Source: a virus
DNA: 64,000 nt
Strand: one strand, 5' to 3'
Virus record (IMG/VR): IMGVR_UViG_3300037541_000632
Location: 1 to 64,000 of that record
The notes below the pieces were generated by a model. The model worked only from the letters and a program-made list of their open reading frames with translations, was not told the origin of the DNA and ran no database searches. This document shows, piece by piece, positions 9,834 through 18,394 of this stretch. Positions within the stretch are counted from its first letter, which is position 1; every line of letters begins with the position of its first letter. A program made the position numbers and the translations under genes.

Positions 9834-9903
9834 AATTATGTAAATTTATTTGCTTGCTTTTATTTCAATAAAGAGCTACAGTCTTTTGTCAACCCCTAAC
9901 ATT

Positions 9904-10101
9904 ATGGAAGAACTTGTAAACATCCTCAATCCTTATCTGGATAACCCTTGGGTAAAAGTTGCCACTGCTGTAGTCACTCTGGCGTCTACAATTGCGGCCC
10001 TGACTCCCACACCTAAGCCCGGCTCACTCTGGGCCAAAGCCTATAGCGTTATAGACTTCCTGGCTTTGAATATCGGCAAGGCCAAACAGCCTAGTAAGTA
10101 A
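9904..10101 (+). CDS. putative holin / small membrane protein
   Basis: Hydrophobic segment then TPTPK; directly upstream of the amidase; start moved to ATG 9904. Confidence 0.5.
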   Translation: MEELVNILNPYLDNPWVKVATAVVTLASTIAALTPTPKPGSLWAKAYSVIDFLALNIGKAKQPSK

Positions 10102-10116
10102 ATTAAACCCGTAACA

Positions 10117-10152
10117 GAAGCTGCGTCATCGAAAGGTGACGCAGCTTTTTTG
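10117..10152 (+). terminator. intrinsic terminator
   Basis: AAGCTGCGTCA-TCGAAAGG-TGACGCAGCTT hairpin followed by a T-tract. Confidence 0.75.
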
Positions 10153-10189
10153 TTTACATGCCGACCATAAACGGTAGAGTACCAGCCAT

Positions 10190-10960
10190 ATGAGTTACGC
10201 AAACGTAGGTAAAGTCTGGTCGTTAGAAAGTTTAGATACTTATCTAAATAGTGTTGAAAAGCCAACCTGGTGTAAAGGTGTGTGTTTGCACCATACAGCC
10301 GCACCATCACTGTCTATGCGCCCGCAAGGCTTGCTTAGCCAGCACATCCGTAATATGGAGTCATTTTACAAAAGCAAAGGATGGAGCGCGGGTCCTCATT
10401 TCTTTATTGATGAAAATGAGATCTTCGGTATGACTCCGCCAAATCTAAAAGGCGTACACGCTGTTTCCTTTAATGGTAGTGCAATAGGCATAGAAGTTCT
10501 TGGTGACTATGATACAGAATTTCACAATAGCGGCAGAGGATTAGAATGCTGGAAAACAACAGCGGCTGCTACAGCTAAAATTCTAAATTGGTTAAACCTA
10601 GAACCAAACTATAGCACTGTGTTATTCCATAGAGACGATCCCAAGACTACCAAGACATGCCCGGGATCTAGGGTACAGAAGAGCTGGGTTTTAGAACTTA
10701 TTAGATCTGTAAATACAAAGTCATTGGATAACCAAACAGTACATAACCCTGTGAATGACATGCAGTTTGTCCAAGTAGCAGAATATCTTCAGAATGTAAA
10801 AAATTATAGTTCTGAAGATATTAAAACCCTGCTAAAAAAAGACACTGACGGCTTATTCTACTTTGGCAATGAGTGGTTAGAAAATGCTTATTACGATGTT
10901 AAACAAAAGTCTACGGTGGCTCCAATTAAAGAACTGTATAACATACCTAAAAAGAAATGA
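10190..10960 (+). CDS. N-acetylmuramoyl-L-alanine amidase endolysin (Amidase_2)
   Basis: LHHTA, HFFID, HA..N...IGIE and HRD...TCPG zinc-amidase motifs. Confidence 0.88.
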   Translation: MSYANVGKVWSLESLDTYLNSVEKPTWCKGVCLHHTAAPSLSMRPQGLLSQHIRNMESFYKSKGWSAGPHFFIDENEIFGMTPPNLKGVHAVSFNGSAIGIEVLGDYDTEFHNSGRGLECWKTTAAATAKILNWLNLEPNYSTVLFHRDDPKTTKTCPGSRVQKSWVLELIRSVNTKSLDNQTVHNPVNDMQFVQVAEYLQNVKNYSSEDIKTLLKKDTDGLFYFGNEWLENAYYDVKQKSTVAPIKELYNIPKKK

Positions 10961-11244
10961 ATCCAGTTACATCGATTATAGATCTAATTAAGTATGCGCT
11001 TAAAGCGCTTACAGCTTTTTTAGAACTTCGCAGAGAGACATATTTTTTAGAAGCCTCAGCAAAACATTTAGAATACAAAGAAAGTATCAGAAATGAAATC
11101 ACTAAACTTCGCAATCAAGGTACTAGTATTGCTACAGATCGTGCTGATCTCCTCATGCACTCACTCCAAGAAAGAGAGCGTGCTTGGGAGCGTGCATCAG
11201 CCACCTATTTTAGCTATACAAGCGGGAACAAGAATCTTAACTAA
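10957..11244 (+). CDS. putative i-spanin (Rz-like)
   Basis: N-terminal hydrophobic helix then coiled coil; follows the endolysin and is overlapped by a lipoprotein ORF. Confidence 0.55.
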   Translation: MNPVTSIIDLIKYALKALTAFLELRRETYFLEASAKHLEYKESIRNEITKLRNQGTSIATDRADLLMHSLQERERAWERASATYFSYTSGNKNLN

Positions 11245-11332
11245 AGAAGGACTATACATCGTAGAGAAAGACGAAGTATGGCATTCAGACAGACGCTACC
11301 GGGAGTTGGAGATGCGTCTGTCTTATAAGTGA
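11093..11332 (+). CDS. putative o-spanin lipoprotein (Rz1-like)
   Basis: Signal peptide with lipobox LISS-C; overlaps the upstream ORF in another frame. Confidence 0.55.
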   Translation: MKSLNFAIKVLVLLQIVLISSCTHSKKESVLGSVHQPPILAIQAGTRILTKEGLYIVEKDEVWHSDRRYRELEMRLSYK

Positions 11333-12001
11333 TCAGGTCCAGAAATAGTTTCTGAACTTGATCATCTGAATCAGTATATTTTCATCTGTCTGGTCGATAA
11401 GAGCTTCCAGGCGATTTACTTCTTTGTACATATCTTGGTATTCCTCAATAGCACTAGGTTTAAGTAAAACAGATATATTCCGACTTGGATAAGCTTTGTC
11501 TTTTTCTTTTTCAAGATTAGCTCTTCCTTCGTTAATCCAAACGCACGCCGTATTTAGCCATGCTTTAAACTCAGCGTGTTCCTCGTGCGCCTGCCAGTCT
11601 ACCATTGATTCATCTGCTTCTTTTTTGAACTGCAGAATAGTAGCAAAGTTTACATACAAAATTATTGATGCGGTATCCGCATACCTTTTGGGTACAGCTT
11701 TCCTAATCATAGCGTTCTCTGGTACAAAGAATGTTTTTACCTTGTACCGCAGGGACCGCCATTTACGATAAAGCTTATACTCTATATCTTCAATAGCGTC
11801 ACGAATAGCATACTGAATAGGATGCGCCTTCATAACATTAACCCGCCACGCATCCCATTCTTCCATACTAGCCGCAAAAGGAACGCTATAAAAATAACCT
11901 TTGAATTCTAGATATTTAAACAACTTGGAAAAAATACCACGTTGCAGTCTTATTTCTTTAATTTGTTCTTCAGTCATTGTGTAGGCTTTTTGATTTTTCA
12001 T
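11333..12001 (-). CDS. hypothetical protein
   Basis: 222 aa ORF with ATGA overlap to the upstream gene. Confidence 0.7.
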   Translation of the reverse strand: MKNQKAYTMTEEQIKEIRLQRGIFSKLFKYLEFKGYFYSVPFAASMEEWDAWRVNVMKAHPIQYAIRDAIEDIEYKLYRKWRSLRYKVKTFFVPENAMIRKAVPKRYADTASIILYVNFATILQFKKEADESMVDWQAHEEHAEFKAWLNTACVWINEGRANLEKEKDKAYPSRNISVLLKPSAIEEYQDMYKEVNRLEALIDQTDENILIQMIKFRNYFWT

Positions 12002-13752
12002 TTTAGCTTTTCAAACTCAATTAAATTCTTTGCAATTCTTTCTCTTTCGTGCGCGGGAATCAGCTGAGCAGCAAGAGGACTTTCAATAAGCGTTTTAGCT
12101 GCTTTAATTGCCTCGCCCTTGTTACCACTGCGCGCAGCCATAATTGAATACTCATCCAGCATACGCCATTGCTGAATATCAGCGCGAACAAACAAACTAT
12201 CTCTGGTAGGCGGGATCTTGACACCTAAAGAAACAAATGCCCAAGCTAATGCAAAGCGTTCTTTATCTCTCAAATAAATAATAAGATCAAATAAAGCGTC
12301 TACGCGCGAAGGTCGATATTCCCAGGCCTTGAGAAACGCATCAATAATTTCTTCATCTTTATATTTAAGCGAGGTCTTGAGGCGAGCTACCATGTACTTA
12401 GAATAGTACACCTCTTCTTCCCAGCCTCCGAGATCTGCTCGCTGTTGATACGCGATAAGGGAACGCTCATGCATTCCAGCATCTCTGTAACTTTGCGCCA
12501 AATAAAAAGTATATCTGCTTTTAAGACCGTCATCGATTGTATCCGCTAGTAGTGCTTTCTCTAAAATAAGAGCGTCACTGATATATTTCTTCTGCCCAGA
12601 AAATCCGTTTCTAGTATCAGAGGCAGAAGCATGAATAATAACATTATTCAATACAACCGCTGGAAACATTTTAACGTCTTTAGGACCATCCAGATACTCA
12701 TGCAGCACGCCTACATATTTCCATTCATAAGCGTTATTCACAACCTGCACTCTGCTGTATTCAAGCCCGCCATGAATAATTTTAAGATGGTATTGATCAA
12801 ACTTTAGATTTTTAAGTACATTCTTATCGCCTTTAATTTCAATGTAATCATCAGCGTCCATTACAAGAGTATAGTCACCCTTATCTCTAGCAAGTTTAAG
12901 CGACTCTGTTCTGTTGGTAGCAAAATCAATCCAAGGCCGTTCATGAAGTTCCCCGGGAATGCCCCACTCAGCCATAAGGTCTTTGATAAGCTGCTGTGTG
13001 CCATCGGTTGAACCCGTGTCGCAGATTACCCAAGAATCAATGGTGTCCTTAACAGACTCAAGGCAGCGACGCATATTGTGAAGTTCATTCTTCACAATCA
13101 TAGCCAGCACAATTTTAGAATTTGCCGGGCGAGTTAGTTCCAGAAACTTACCATGCCCTTGCATATAATTTCTCTGATCATTACTCTCCAGATAAGTTTT
13201 ATCCCACTCTGCTTTATTAAAAATAGGATGTTTATGCTCAAGCACAATATGCTTAGCCTCTTTAATTACACCGTCTTTATGTGCAGCCCAGGTAAAATAG
13301 TTATCACTGTATACGCTAAAGAAATCAGGATGAAACAAAAAGCCCTGCGTCTCATAGCGCTTACGATTTAGAATAGCCATGCAGAGCAAGTCATCTGTGC
13401 GATGCCCATCTGAAATAGCCAACACCTGTTCTCCTTCTACACCTTCAAACTCCTTGATAATGCTTTCGTCCCAACCCTCAACTGGTTCCCAGTCGTCAGA
13501 CAGCTGAATAAGGATTTCACCATTACTAGCTTTAGCACATGCATTCCAAGCAGCTACGCAACCTTTACCTCGCGCCACAATAACTCTTTGAGTATTAATA
13601 TCTGTAAGGCTATCGTTATCGTCATCATCAATACCAAAGATATGTTCAATAGCTTTAGGATCTTTAGCCGAGTTCAACCATTTATCACGACATTCAGTAG
13701 CTTGTTTCGAACGTCCACGGGTTGCATGCAGGAGGGATATTTTATAGCTCAT
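11998..13752 (-). CDS. double GT2 glycosyltransferase with TPR-like C-terminus
   Basis: First GT-A domain (IDDDD, LSDDW, YSDN); second domain MIVKNE...DTGSTDGT...MDADD...VLHE; RYTFYLAQSYRDAG helical repeats. Confidence 0.85.
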   Translation of the reverse strand: MSYKISLLHATRGRSKQATECRDKWLNSAKDPKAIEHIFGIDDDDNDSLTDINTQRVIVARGKGCVAAWNACAKASNGEILIQLSDDWEPVEGWDESIIKEFEGVEGEQVLAISDGHRTDDLLCMAILNRKRYETQGFLFHPDFFSVYSDNYFTWAAHKDGVIKEAKHIVLEHKHPIFNKAEWDKTYLESNDQRNYMQGHGKFLELTRPANSKIVLAMIVKNELHNMRRCLESVKDTIDSWVICDTGSTDGTQQLIKDLMAEWGIPGELHERPWIDFATNRTESLKLARDKGDYTLVMDADDYIEIKGDKNVLKNLKFDQYHLKIIHGGLEYSRVQVVNNAYEWKYVGVLHEYLDGPKDVKMFPAVVLNNVIIHASASDTRNGFSGQKKYISDALILEKALLADTIDDGLKSRYTFYLAQSYRDAGMHERSLIAYQQRADLGGWEEEVYYSKYMVARLKTSLKYKDEEIIDAFLKAWEYRPSRVDALFDLIIYLRDKERFALAWAFVSLGVKIPPTRDSLFVRADIQQWRMLDEYSIMAARSGNKGEAIKAAKTLIESPLAAQLIPAHERERIAKNLIEFEKLK

Positions 13753-13811
13753 AAAAAGGTATCAACTTCTATATAGAGAAGTAGAATCTTGTAAAGAGCA
13801 AAAAATAAAAA

Positions 13812-13876
13812 ACCTCTCAGCCATACACTATATTCAGGTGATCAGTCTGCAGGGAGTGTATAACTGAGAGTCGGTT
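13812..13876 (-). other. long intergenic hairpin (ncRNA or terminator)
   Basis: CTCTCAG/CTGAGAG and ATACACT/AGTGTAT stems followed by a T-tract on the - strand. Confidence 0.45.
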
Positions 13877-13965
13877 CCACTTTTTGTTTATTTGTAGCTT
13901 CCCCAATTTTTAAGAGCACCCGACAAATTGCGCATCGTTGAGAGGCGTGCCGAGTATACAATAAA

Positions 13966-14394
13966 TTAATCGCAGCTATTGAGACGTTTGTCAACAGCAT
14001 TGAGAGCGTTGACTATAAATGTAGCAAAGTCAGAATAAATAGTTGTAGCAATAATTTCTCCTGACTTGCTGTAAATTCTGTAGTCCATAAGAGTACTTTT
14101 AATTTCATACGGCCCGGGAAACTCGGTTTGCAAAGTAAAATGCGCAGCTGTTTCTAATGTAGGTTTAATTAACAGACTGAACTCTTTATTTTCTTTTTTT
14201 AGAGCTTCTAGTTCCTTGGAGAAATGCAAATTAGCAGCTCTTAAATTGTCTATGTCTGCGGGTAGGTATGGAATACGCTCAACTAATTTATCAGCGTATT
14301 TACGGCTTTCGTTTAAAGCAGCCCTAAGCTGCTTAACTTCTAACTGAAGATTATCTATAGTTTCCAGTTGTTTCTTTTTATGTTTATTGGGCAT
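13966..14394 (-). CDS. hypothetical coiled-coil protein
   Basis: ORF; likely start MPNKH. Confidence 0.6.
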   Translation of the reverse strand: MPNKHKKKQLETIDNLQLEVKQLRAALNESRKYADKLVERIPYLPADIDNLRAANLHFSKELEALKKENKEFSLLIKPTLETAAHFTLQTEFPGPYEIKSTLMDYRIYSKSGEIIATTIYSDFATFIVNALNAVDKRLNSCD

Positions 14395-14529
14395 AGGGTA
14401 CAGCAGGAAAAACAAACTCTTTCTTTTTAACTATAACTTTAGGCGCTTCTGGTGATTTAAATTGTACCTCTTCTTTATGCGTACAGGATACAATTATCAA
14501 TGAATATAACAGTGATACTAAATACTTTT

Positions 14530-14991
14530 TCATAGTAGGATTAGGAATGCGCTTTGAACTTCTTGAGGTGAAAGGAAAGTTTCTTTTGCTGTCTGTGGTT
14601 CAAAAAATCTTAACTGGAATTCTTCTTTACCTGCTACCTTTACAACAGCACAATTGATAGAGTGATTACCTATTTCATTATCTTTGTAATTAAATACTCC
14701 CAAAGATAAACCAGCTGGCGCGCTGTTTTTGTCTCCCCACTGCAGCGCATGAGACATCTGTCCTAAAGCCTGCACAACGCGTGAGTATTTATCGCAATCT
14801 CTGTATTGAGCTTGCCAGTCCTTCAAGGTATCGATTACCTGCGTAGATAATTCCCAAAAGAACTGAGGTGCTTTAACTGCATCCAGATAAACATAATTGT
14901 CATCCATTAAACAGACACAGTTCTTTTTAATACCGCTAGCTTCAATGACTTTAAGTATGTGGCTCCTATTGTATGTTTTGATTTCAGACAT
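14530..14991 (-). CDS. putative papain/transglutaminase-like Cys-His protein
   Basis: DCDKYS...HSINC...FFEPQ catalytic-triad-like pattern. Confidence 0.5.
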   Translation of the reverse strand: MSEIKTYNRSHILKVIEASGIKKNCVCLMDDNYVYLDAVKAPQFFWELSTQVIDTLKDWQAQYRDCDKYSRVVQALGQMSHALQWGDKNSAPAGLSLGVFNYKDNEIGNHSINCAVVKVAGKEEFQLRFFEPQTAKETFLSPQEVQSAFLILL

Positions 14992-15007
14992 AAAGTAAAA
15001 TGTTAGT

Positions 15008-15082
15008 TGGCTCCCAGAGTAGGGCTCGAACCTACGACCTAATGGTTAACAGCCATCCGCTCTACCGCTGAGCTACCCGGGA
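15008..15082 (-). tRNA. tRNA-Asn(GTT)
   Basis: Cloverleaf, anticodon GTT, encoded CCA. Confidence 0.93.
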
Positions 15083-15125
15083 ATATTGGAATCTACTTTG
15101 TCCTATACGATAAGCCAATAAAAAA

Positions 15126-15200
15126 TGGTACTCCGAGAAGGACTCGAACCTTCAACCAATACCTTAAAAGGGTACTGCTCTACCATTGAGCTATCGGAGC
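15126..15200 (-). tRNA. tRNA-Lys(TTT)
   Basis: Cloverleaf, loop CTTTTAA, encoded CCA. Confidence 0.93.
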
Positions 15201-15202
15201 AT

Positions 15203-15279
15203 TGGAGCTCTGGGTCGGGGTCGAACCGACGAACCTCATGATTACAAATCACGTGCTCTACCAACTGAGCTACCAGAGC
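15203..15279 (-). tRNA. tRNA-Thr(TGT)
   Basis: Cloverleaf, loop TTTGTAA, encoded CCA. Confidence 0.93.
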
Positions 15280-15320
15280 ATGCGCGTTTGATAATCTTTA
15301 TTCTGAGATAGTCAAACGCT

Positions 15321-15581
15321 TTATTTAATAGAGTATTTAACTTCTATTTCTAATAGTTCAAACTCATCTTTATCTTTTTTATCTATCAGATCAGTTTTAA
15401 GTATGCTACGATCAAAGTCTTCTTCAATTACATTCCTAGCACTGTAAGCAGCCGCAGGAACGAAGTCATTAACGAGAAAAAGGTAAGGATCATTAAAAAT
15501 AAAGAAATTGAATACCACCCATTTACCTGTAGGTTTATGGCGGTACATAAACTTTTTCTCAACTGCAATTGTGTTTTCCAT
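15321..15581 (-). CDS. hypothetical protein
   Basis: ATG ORF between tRNAs. Confidence 0.6.
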   Translation of the reverse strand: MENTIAVEKKFMYRHKPTGKWVVFNFFIFNDPYLFLVNDFVPAAAYSARNVIEEDFDRSILKTDLIDKKDKDEFELLEIEVKYSIK

Positions 15582-15592
15582 AAGTTTTAAGA

Positions 15593-15666
15593 TGGTAGCC
15601 CTCCCAGGACTCGAACCTAGAACGAGAGAATCAAAATCTCCTGTGTTACCTTTACACCAAAGGGCT
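15593..15666 (-). tRNA. tRNA-Gln(TTG)
   Basis: Cloverleaf, loop TTTTGAT, encoded CCA. Confidence 0.9.
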
Positions 15667-16609
15667 ATAATCTGATGTTGCCTGAAGCAAGCTCAAACTT
15701 ATAATTCATATACGTCTGAGTAATTCCTTCTTCAAGTTTTATCTTTGGACTCCAGCCAATATATCTCATTCTACTAGAATCCATGATTTTACGCATAGTT
15801 CCGTCAGGCTTACTGCTGTCAAAGTTAATGGTGCCTTTAAAACCAACAGTAGATGCAATTAACGTAGCTAGGTCCTTGATACTAATGTCAGAACCATAAC
15901 CGACATTATAAATATATTGGCATGTGGTTAGCTCCATTAATAGTTTACAAGCTTTCGCCAGATCATCTACATGTAGGAACTCGCGCATGGGCGCGCCCGT
16001 ACCCCACAGAGTAACTGTGTCTTCTTTTCTAATATACTGAGAAGCCTCAAAGAATCTGCGAATTAATGCCGGGAGTACGTGACTAGTTTCTAGATTATAG
16101 TTATCTCCCGGACCATACAGGTTGCATGGCATAAGCGCTAGATATTCCAATCCCTTAGCCTTGCGATAATACTCACAGAGTTTTACACCGCATATTTTAG
16201 CCAGGGCATAAGCTTCATTAGTCTTCTCCAAAGGACCAGCAAGTAAATCAGCTTCAGAAATAGGACGATCAAATCCTTTTGGATAAATACAGGAGCTGCC
16301 AAAATAAATTAATTTAGGTACATTGTATTTAGCTGCAGTGTTAATACAGTTGTTAGCAATGGCCATGTTGTCTGTAAAGAATTCTACAGGGTTATTAGCA
16401 TTAGCTAAAATACCTCCAACTTTACCTGCAGCCACAATCACAGCCTGGATAGGCCCTTTGTATTTAAAGTAATAATCTACAGCTTGTGCATCGCACAAAT
16501 CAAGTTCCTGCCTCGTGGGTGCAAGCACATGATATTTTGTTTCATTGTTAAGCAATCTATGAATTGCTTTACCTACCATTCCATTAGCGCCTAATAACAG
16601 TACAGTCAT
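15665..16609 (-). CDS. fcl: GDP-L-fucose synthase
   Basis: GANGMVG, AGKVGGILAN, GSSCIYP, YALAK, PCNLYGPGDN, SHVLPALI, REFLHVDD and KPDG motifs. Confidence 0.95.
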   Translation of the reverse strand: MTVLLLGANGMVGKAIHRLLNNETKYHVLAPTRQELDLCDAQAVDYYFKYKGPIQAVIVAAGKVGGILANANNPVEFFTDNMAIANNCINTAAKYNVPKLIYFGSSCIYPKGFDRPISEADLLAGPLEKTNEAYALAKICGVKLCEYYRKAKGLEYLALMPCNLYGPGDNYNLETSHVLPALIRRFFEASQYIRKEDTVTLWGTGAPMREFLHVDDLAKACKLLMELTTCQYIYNVGYGSDISIKDLATLIASTVGFKGTINFDSSKPDGTMRKIMDSSRMRYIGWSPKIKLEEGITQTYMNYKFELASGNIRL

Positions 16610-16671
16610 AGTAATTTAAGTTTATTGTGTGTCCTTTAGCTTTGCATTAGTAACAGCATAAGCAATAGATA

Positions 16672-16712
16672 AAAATAATATCCGGACGCTGCATCGCTGC
16701 AGCGCCCGGATA
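16672..16712 (-). terminator. intrinsic terminator
   Basis: TCCGGGCGCTGCA/TGCAGCGTCCGGA hairpin followed by a T-rich tail on the - strand. Confidence 0.65.
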
Positions 16713-16724
16713 TATCTGTCAGTA

Positions 16725-16895
16725 TTAATAAATTTTTTCGATCTTAGCTACTTCTTCCCTCATCTTTTCATTAGAGGAAACAGTGTTGGCAAAATCAATC
16801 ATCTTATCACGAATATCATTGAGTTCCTCGCGGGTATAATCCCACGTATCTTCAAGATCTTGAATGTGGCGTTCTAGTTCTTTAGTCGCGGACAT
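16725..16895 (-). CDS. small coiled-coil protein (56 aa, not in ORF track)
   Basis: MSATKELERHIQDLEDTWDYTREELNDIRDK...; overlaps the upstream stop. Confidence 0.55.
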   Translation of the reverse strand: MSATKELERHIQDLEDTWDYTREELNDIRDKMIDFANTVSSNEKMREEVAKIEKIY

Positions 16896-17223
16896 TGCGT
16901 TTGGACATTTCGAAGTAATCGAATTCCTGCGCGATGACCAGCTCCCATTCCCCGGGAGGAACGGTTAGCGTGTCATGCCGCTCTGCGATAACACAACGTA
17001 CCTCTGCTGGCACGGAGTTACGCAAGAAGCGCTTGTTATCTTTCTTTAGAACCTCAACGCCAGGAAGGACATCGAGCACATGGTGGTTGCCGGTGGTTTC
17101 ACTATCAGCGATAATCAGACAGTTGTTCTCCACTTTGACAGGTGTAGCGTCAGCAGGGATTTTGGACTGAATGATTCCGCACTCGCCGTGGAGGATTGCT
17201 TTAGCTGCTTTAACGTTTTTCAT
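16882..17223 (-). CDS. His-containing cupin-like partner of DUF6745-like protein
   Basis: HGE...SETTGNHH...HDT...PPG.W....QEFD...R.V.D resembles the QGDV/GExTGHxH/HEEH/QREY family; start moved to MKNVK. Confidence 0.65.
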   Translation of the reverse strand: MKNVKAAKAILHGECGIIQSKIPADATPVKVENNCLIIADSETTGNHHVLDVLPGVEVLKKDNKRFLRNSVPAEVRCVIAERHDTLTVPPGEWELVIAQEFDYFEMSKRNVRD

Positions 17224-17308
17224 GATGTGGTGTGGTGTGTTGTGTACTTGGTACTGTTGTTTGTTTATTTGCAGAAGGAAAGCGGTTTTTATTCCTCTTT
17301 CCAAAATT

Positions 17309-18346
17309 TTAAGCGACGCCAACGATTTCTACGTTACGACCATAACGATCTTCTAACGCAGCTTCAATGGTTTTGCAACTAGGAGACACAGCCTCGACAT
17401 GCCAGATCTTTGTGGTCTGATTTAGCATCTTAAGGTGCGGCGCATAGTCGACATTAGGAAAGAGCGACTGCATATCCCAAAGCTCATACTCAGATTTGGT
17501 GTACCACTCGTCATTGTATGATGTATGAGAATCCACTTTTTTACCCATTTCAAGCAAACGCTCAACACCGATTTTGCGAACAAACTCGGCTTTAATGTCG
17601 GCATTCTTGATTTCGTGAATCCGCTCCACTGGAATTTTCTGCGCAGGAGTGACTGCGAGCCACTCTGGTACAGTCACGCCGTTGAGAGCGAAAATCTTAA
17701 TGTCGCCGTAGCCTTCATACACGACAGCAGGTCCGCCGTCGCAGTGAATAACACCAGCATCATTGAGTTTAACCAGAGATGGCTTCTCAGAAACAATGCA
17801 CATGTCCTGCACAGTGCCGGTGACGCCATGAATTGGGTAAATCAAACCAAGCTCTGTAGTAGTCTTCCAGATCTCGTAAAGTTCATCAACGCTGAGCTTA
17901 GACTCGTTTTTGGCCGCGTTGTCTACAGGTGTTCCGGTAGTTTCCAACGCAATTCCAAGTTCATACTTGAAGAAGTCGTAGAAAGCAAAGGTCGGAGCCG
18001 AGAACGAACCATTAAGATAAGGGGAAACATATTGTGTAAGTTTCCATTTCGGTCTTTTACCATTAAAGAAGTCGTCTACGCATTTCTTCAGCTCATTGAT
18101 TGCATGGCCGTGAGCTGCATAGTTACAAGCAACCCAAGCTTCCATCGGGTTGTTGAATATGATAACAGGAGTAGGCTCCTTATTAAGAATGTGACGCTGG
18201 ACATTTTGAATAATGTCTAGCGTACGATCATAGTTGAGACGTGCGGTATCATTACCAATCTTTATCCACTTAGCGACATACTCAGGCATTTTAGCTTTCT
18301 GCTCAGGAGTAAGTTCGGCGATCTTTTCTTTAATTTTGTTTTCCAT
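17309..18346 (-). CDS. DUF6745-like protein
   Basis: LTPEQ...KW..IG N-terminus, AFYDFF, SEKP...IHCDGGPAVVY...LNGVTVP, I.NA..K....KIG motifs. Confidence 0.75.
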   Translation of the reverse strand: MENKIKEKIAELTPEQKAKMPEYVAKWIKIGNDTARLNYDRTLDIIQNVQRHILNKEPTPVIIFNNPMEAWVACNYAAHGHAINELKKCVDDFFNGKRPKWKLTQYVSPYLNGSFSAPTFAFYDFFKYELGIALETTGTPVDNAAKNESKLSVDELYEIWKTTTELGLIYPIHGVTGTVQDMCIVSEKPSLVKLNDAGVIHCDGGPAVVYEGYGDIKIFALNGVTVPEWLAVTPAQKIPVERIHEIKNADIKAEFVRKIGVERLLEMGKKVDSHTSYNDEWYTKSEYELWDMQSLFPNVDYAPHLKMLNQTTKIWHVEAVSPSCKTIEAALEDRYGRNVEIVGVA

Positions 18347-18394
18347 GTTGAGTGTCTTTCAGTTTTATTGTTGTTTATATGTTATTAGTAGCGA

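Noticed and set aside
17525-18220. 231-aa + strand ORF and similar long antisense ORFs (e.g. 48914-49399, 59958-60365)
   Set aside because: Antisense shadows of well-supported - strand genes with no motifs of their own.
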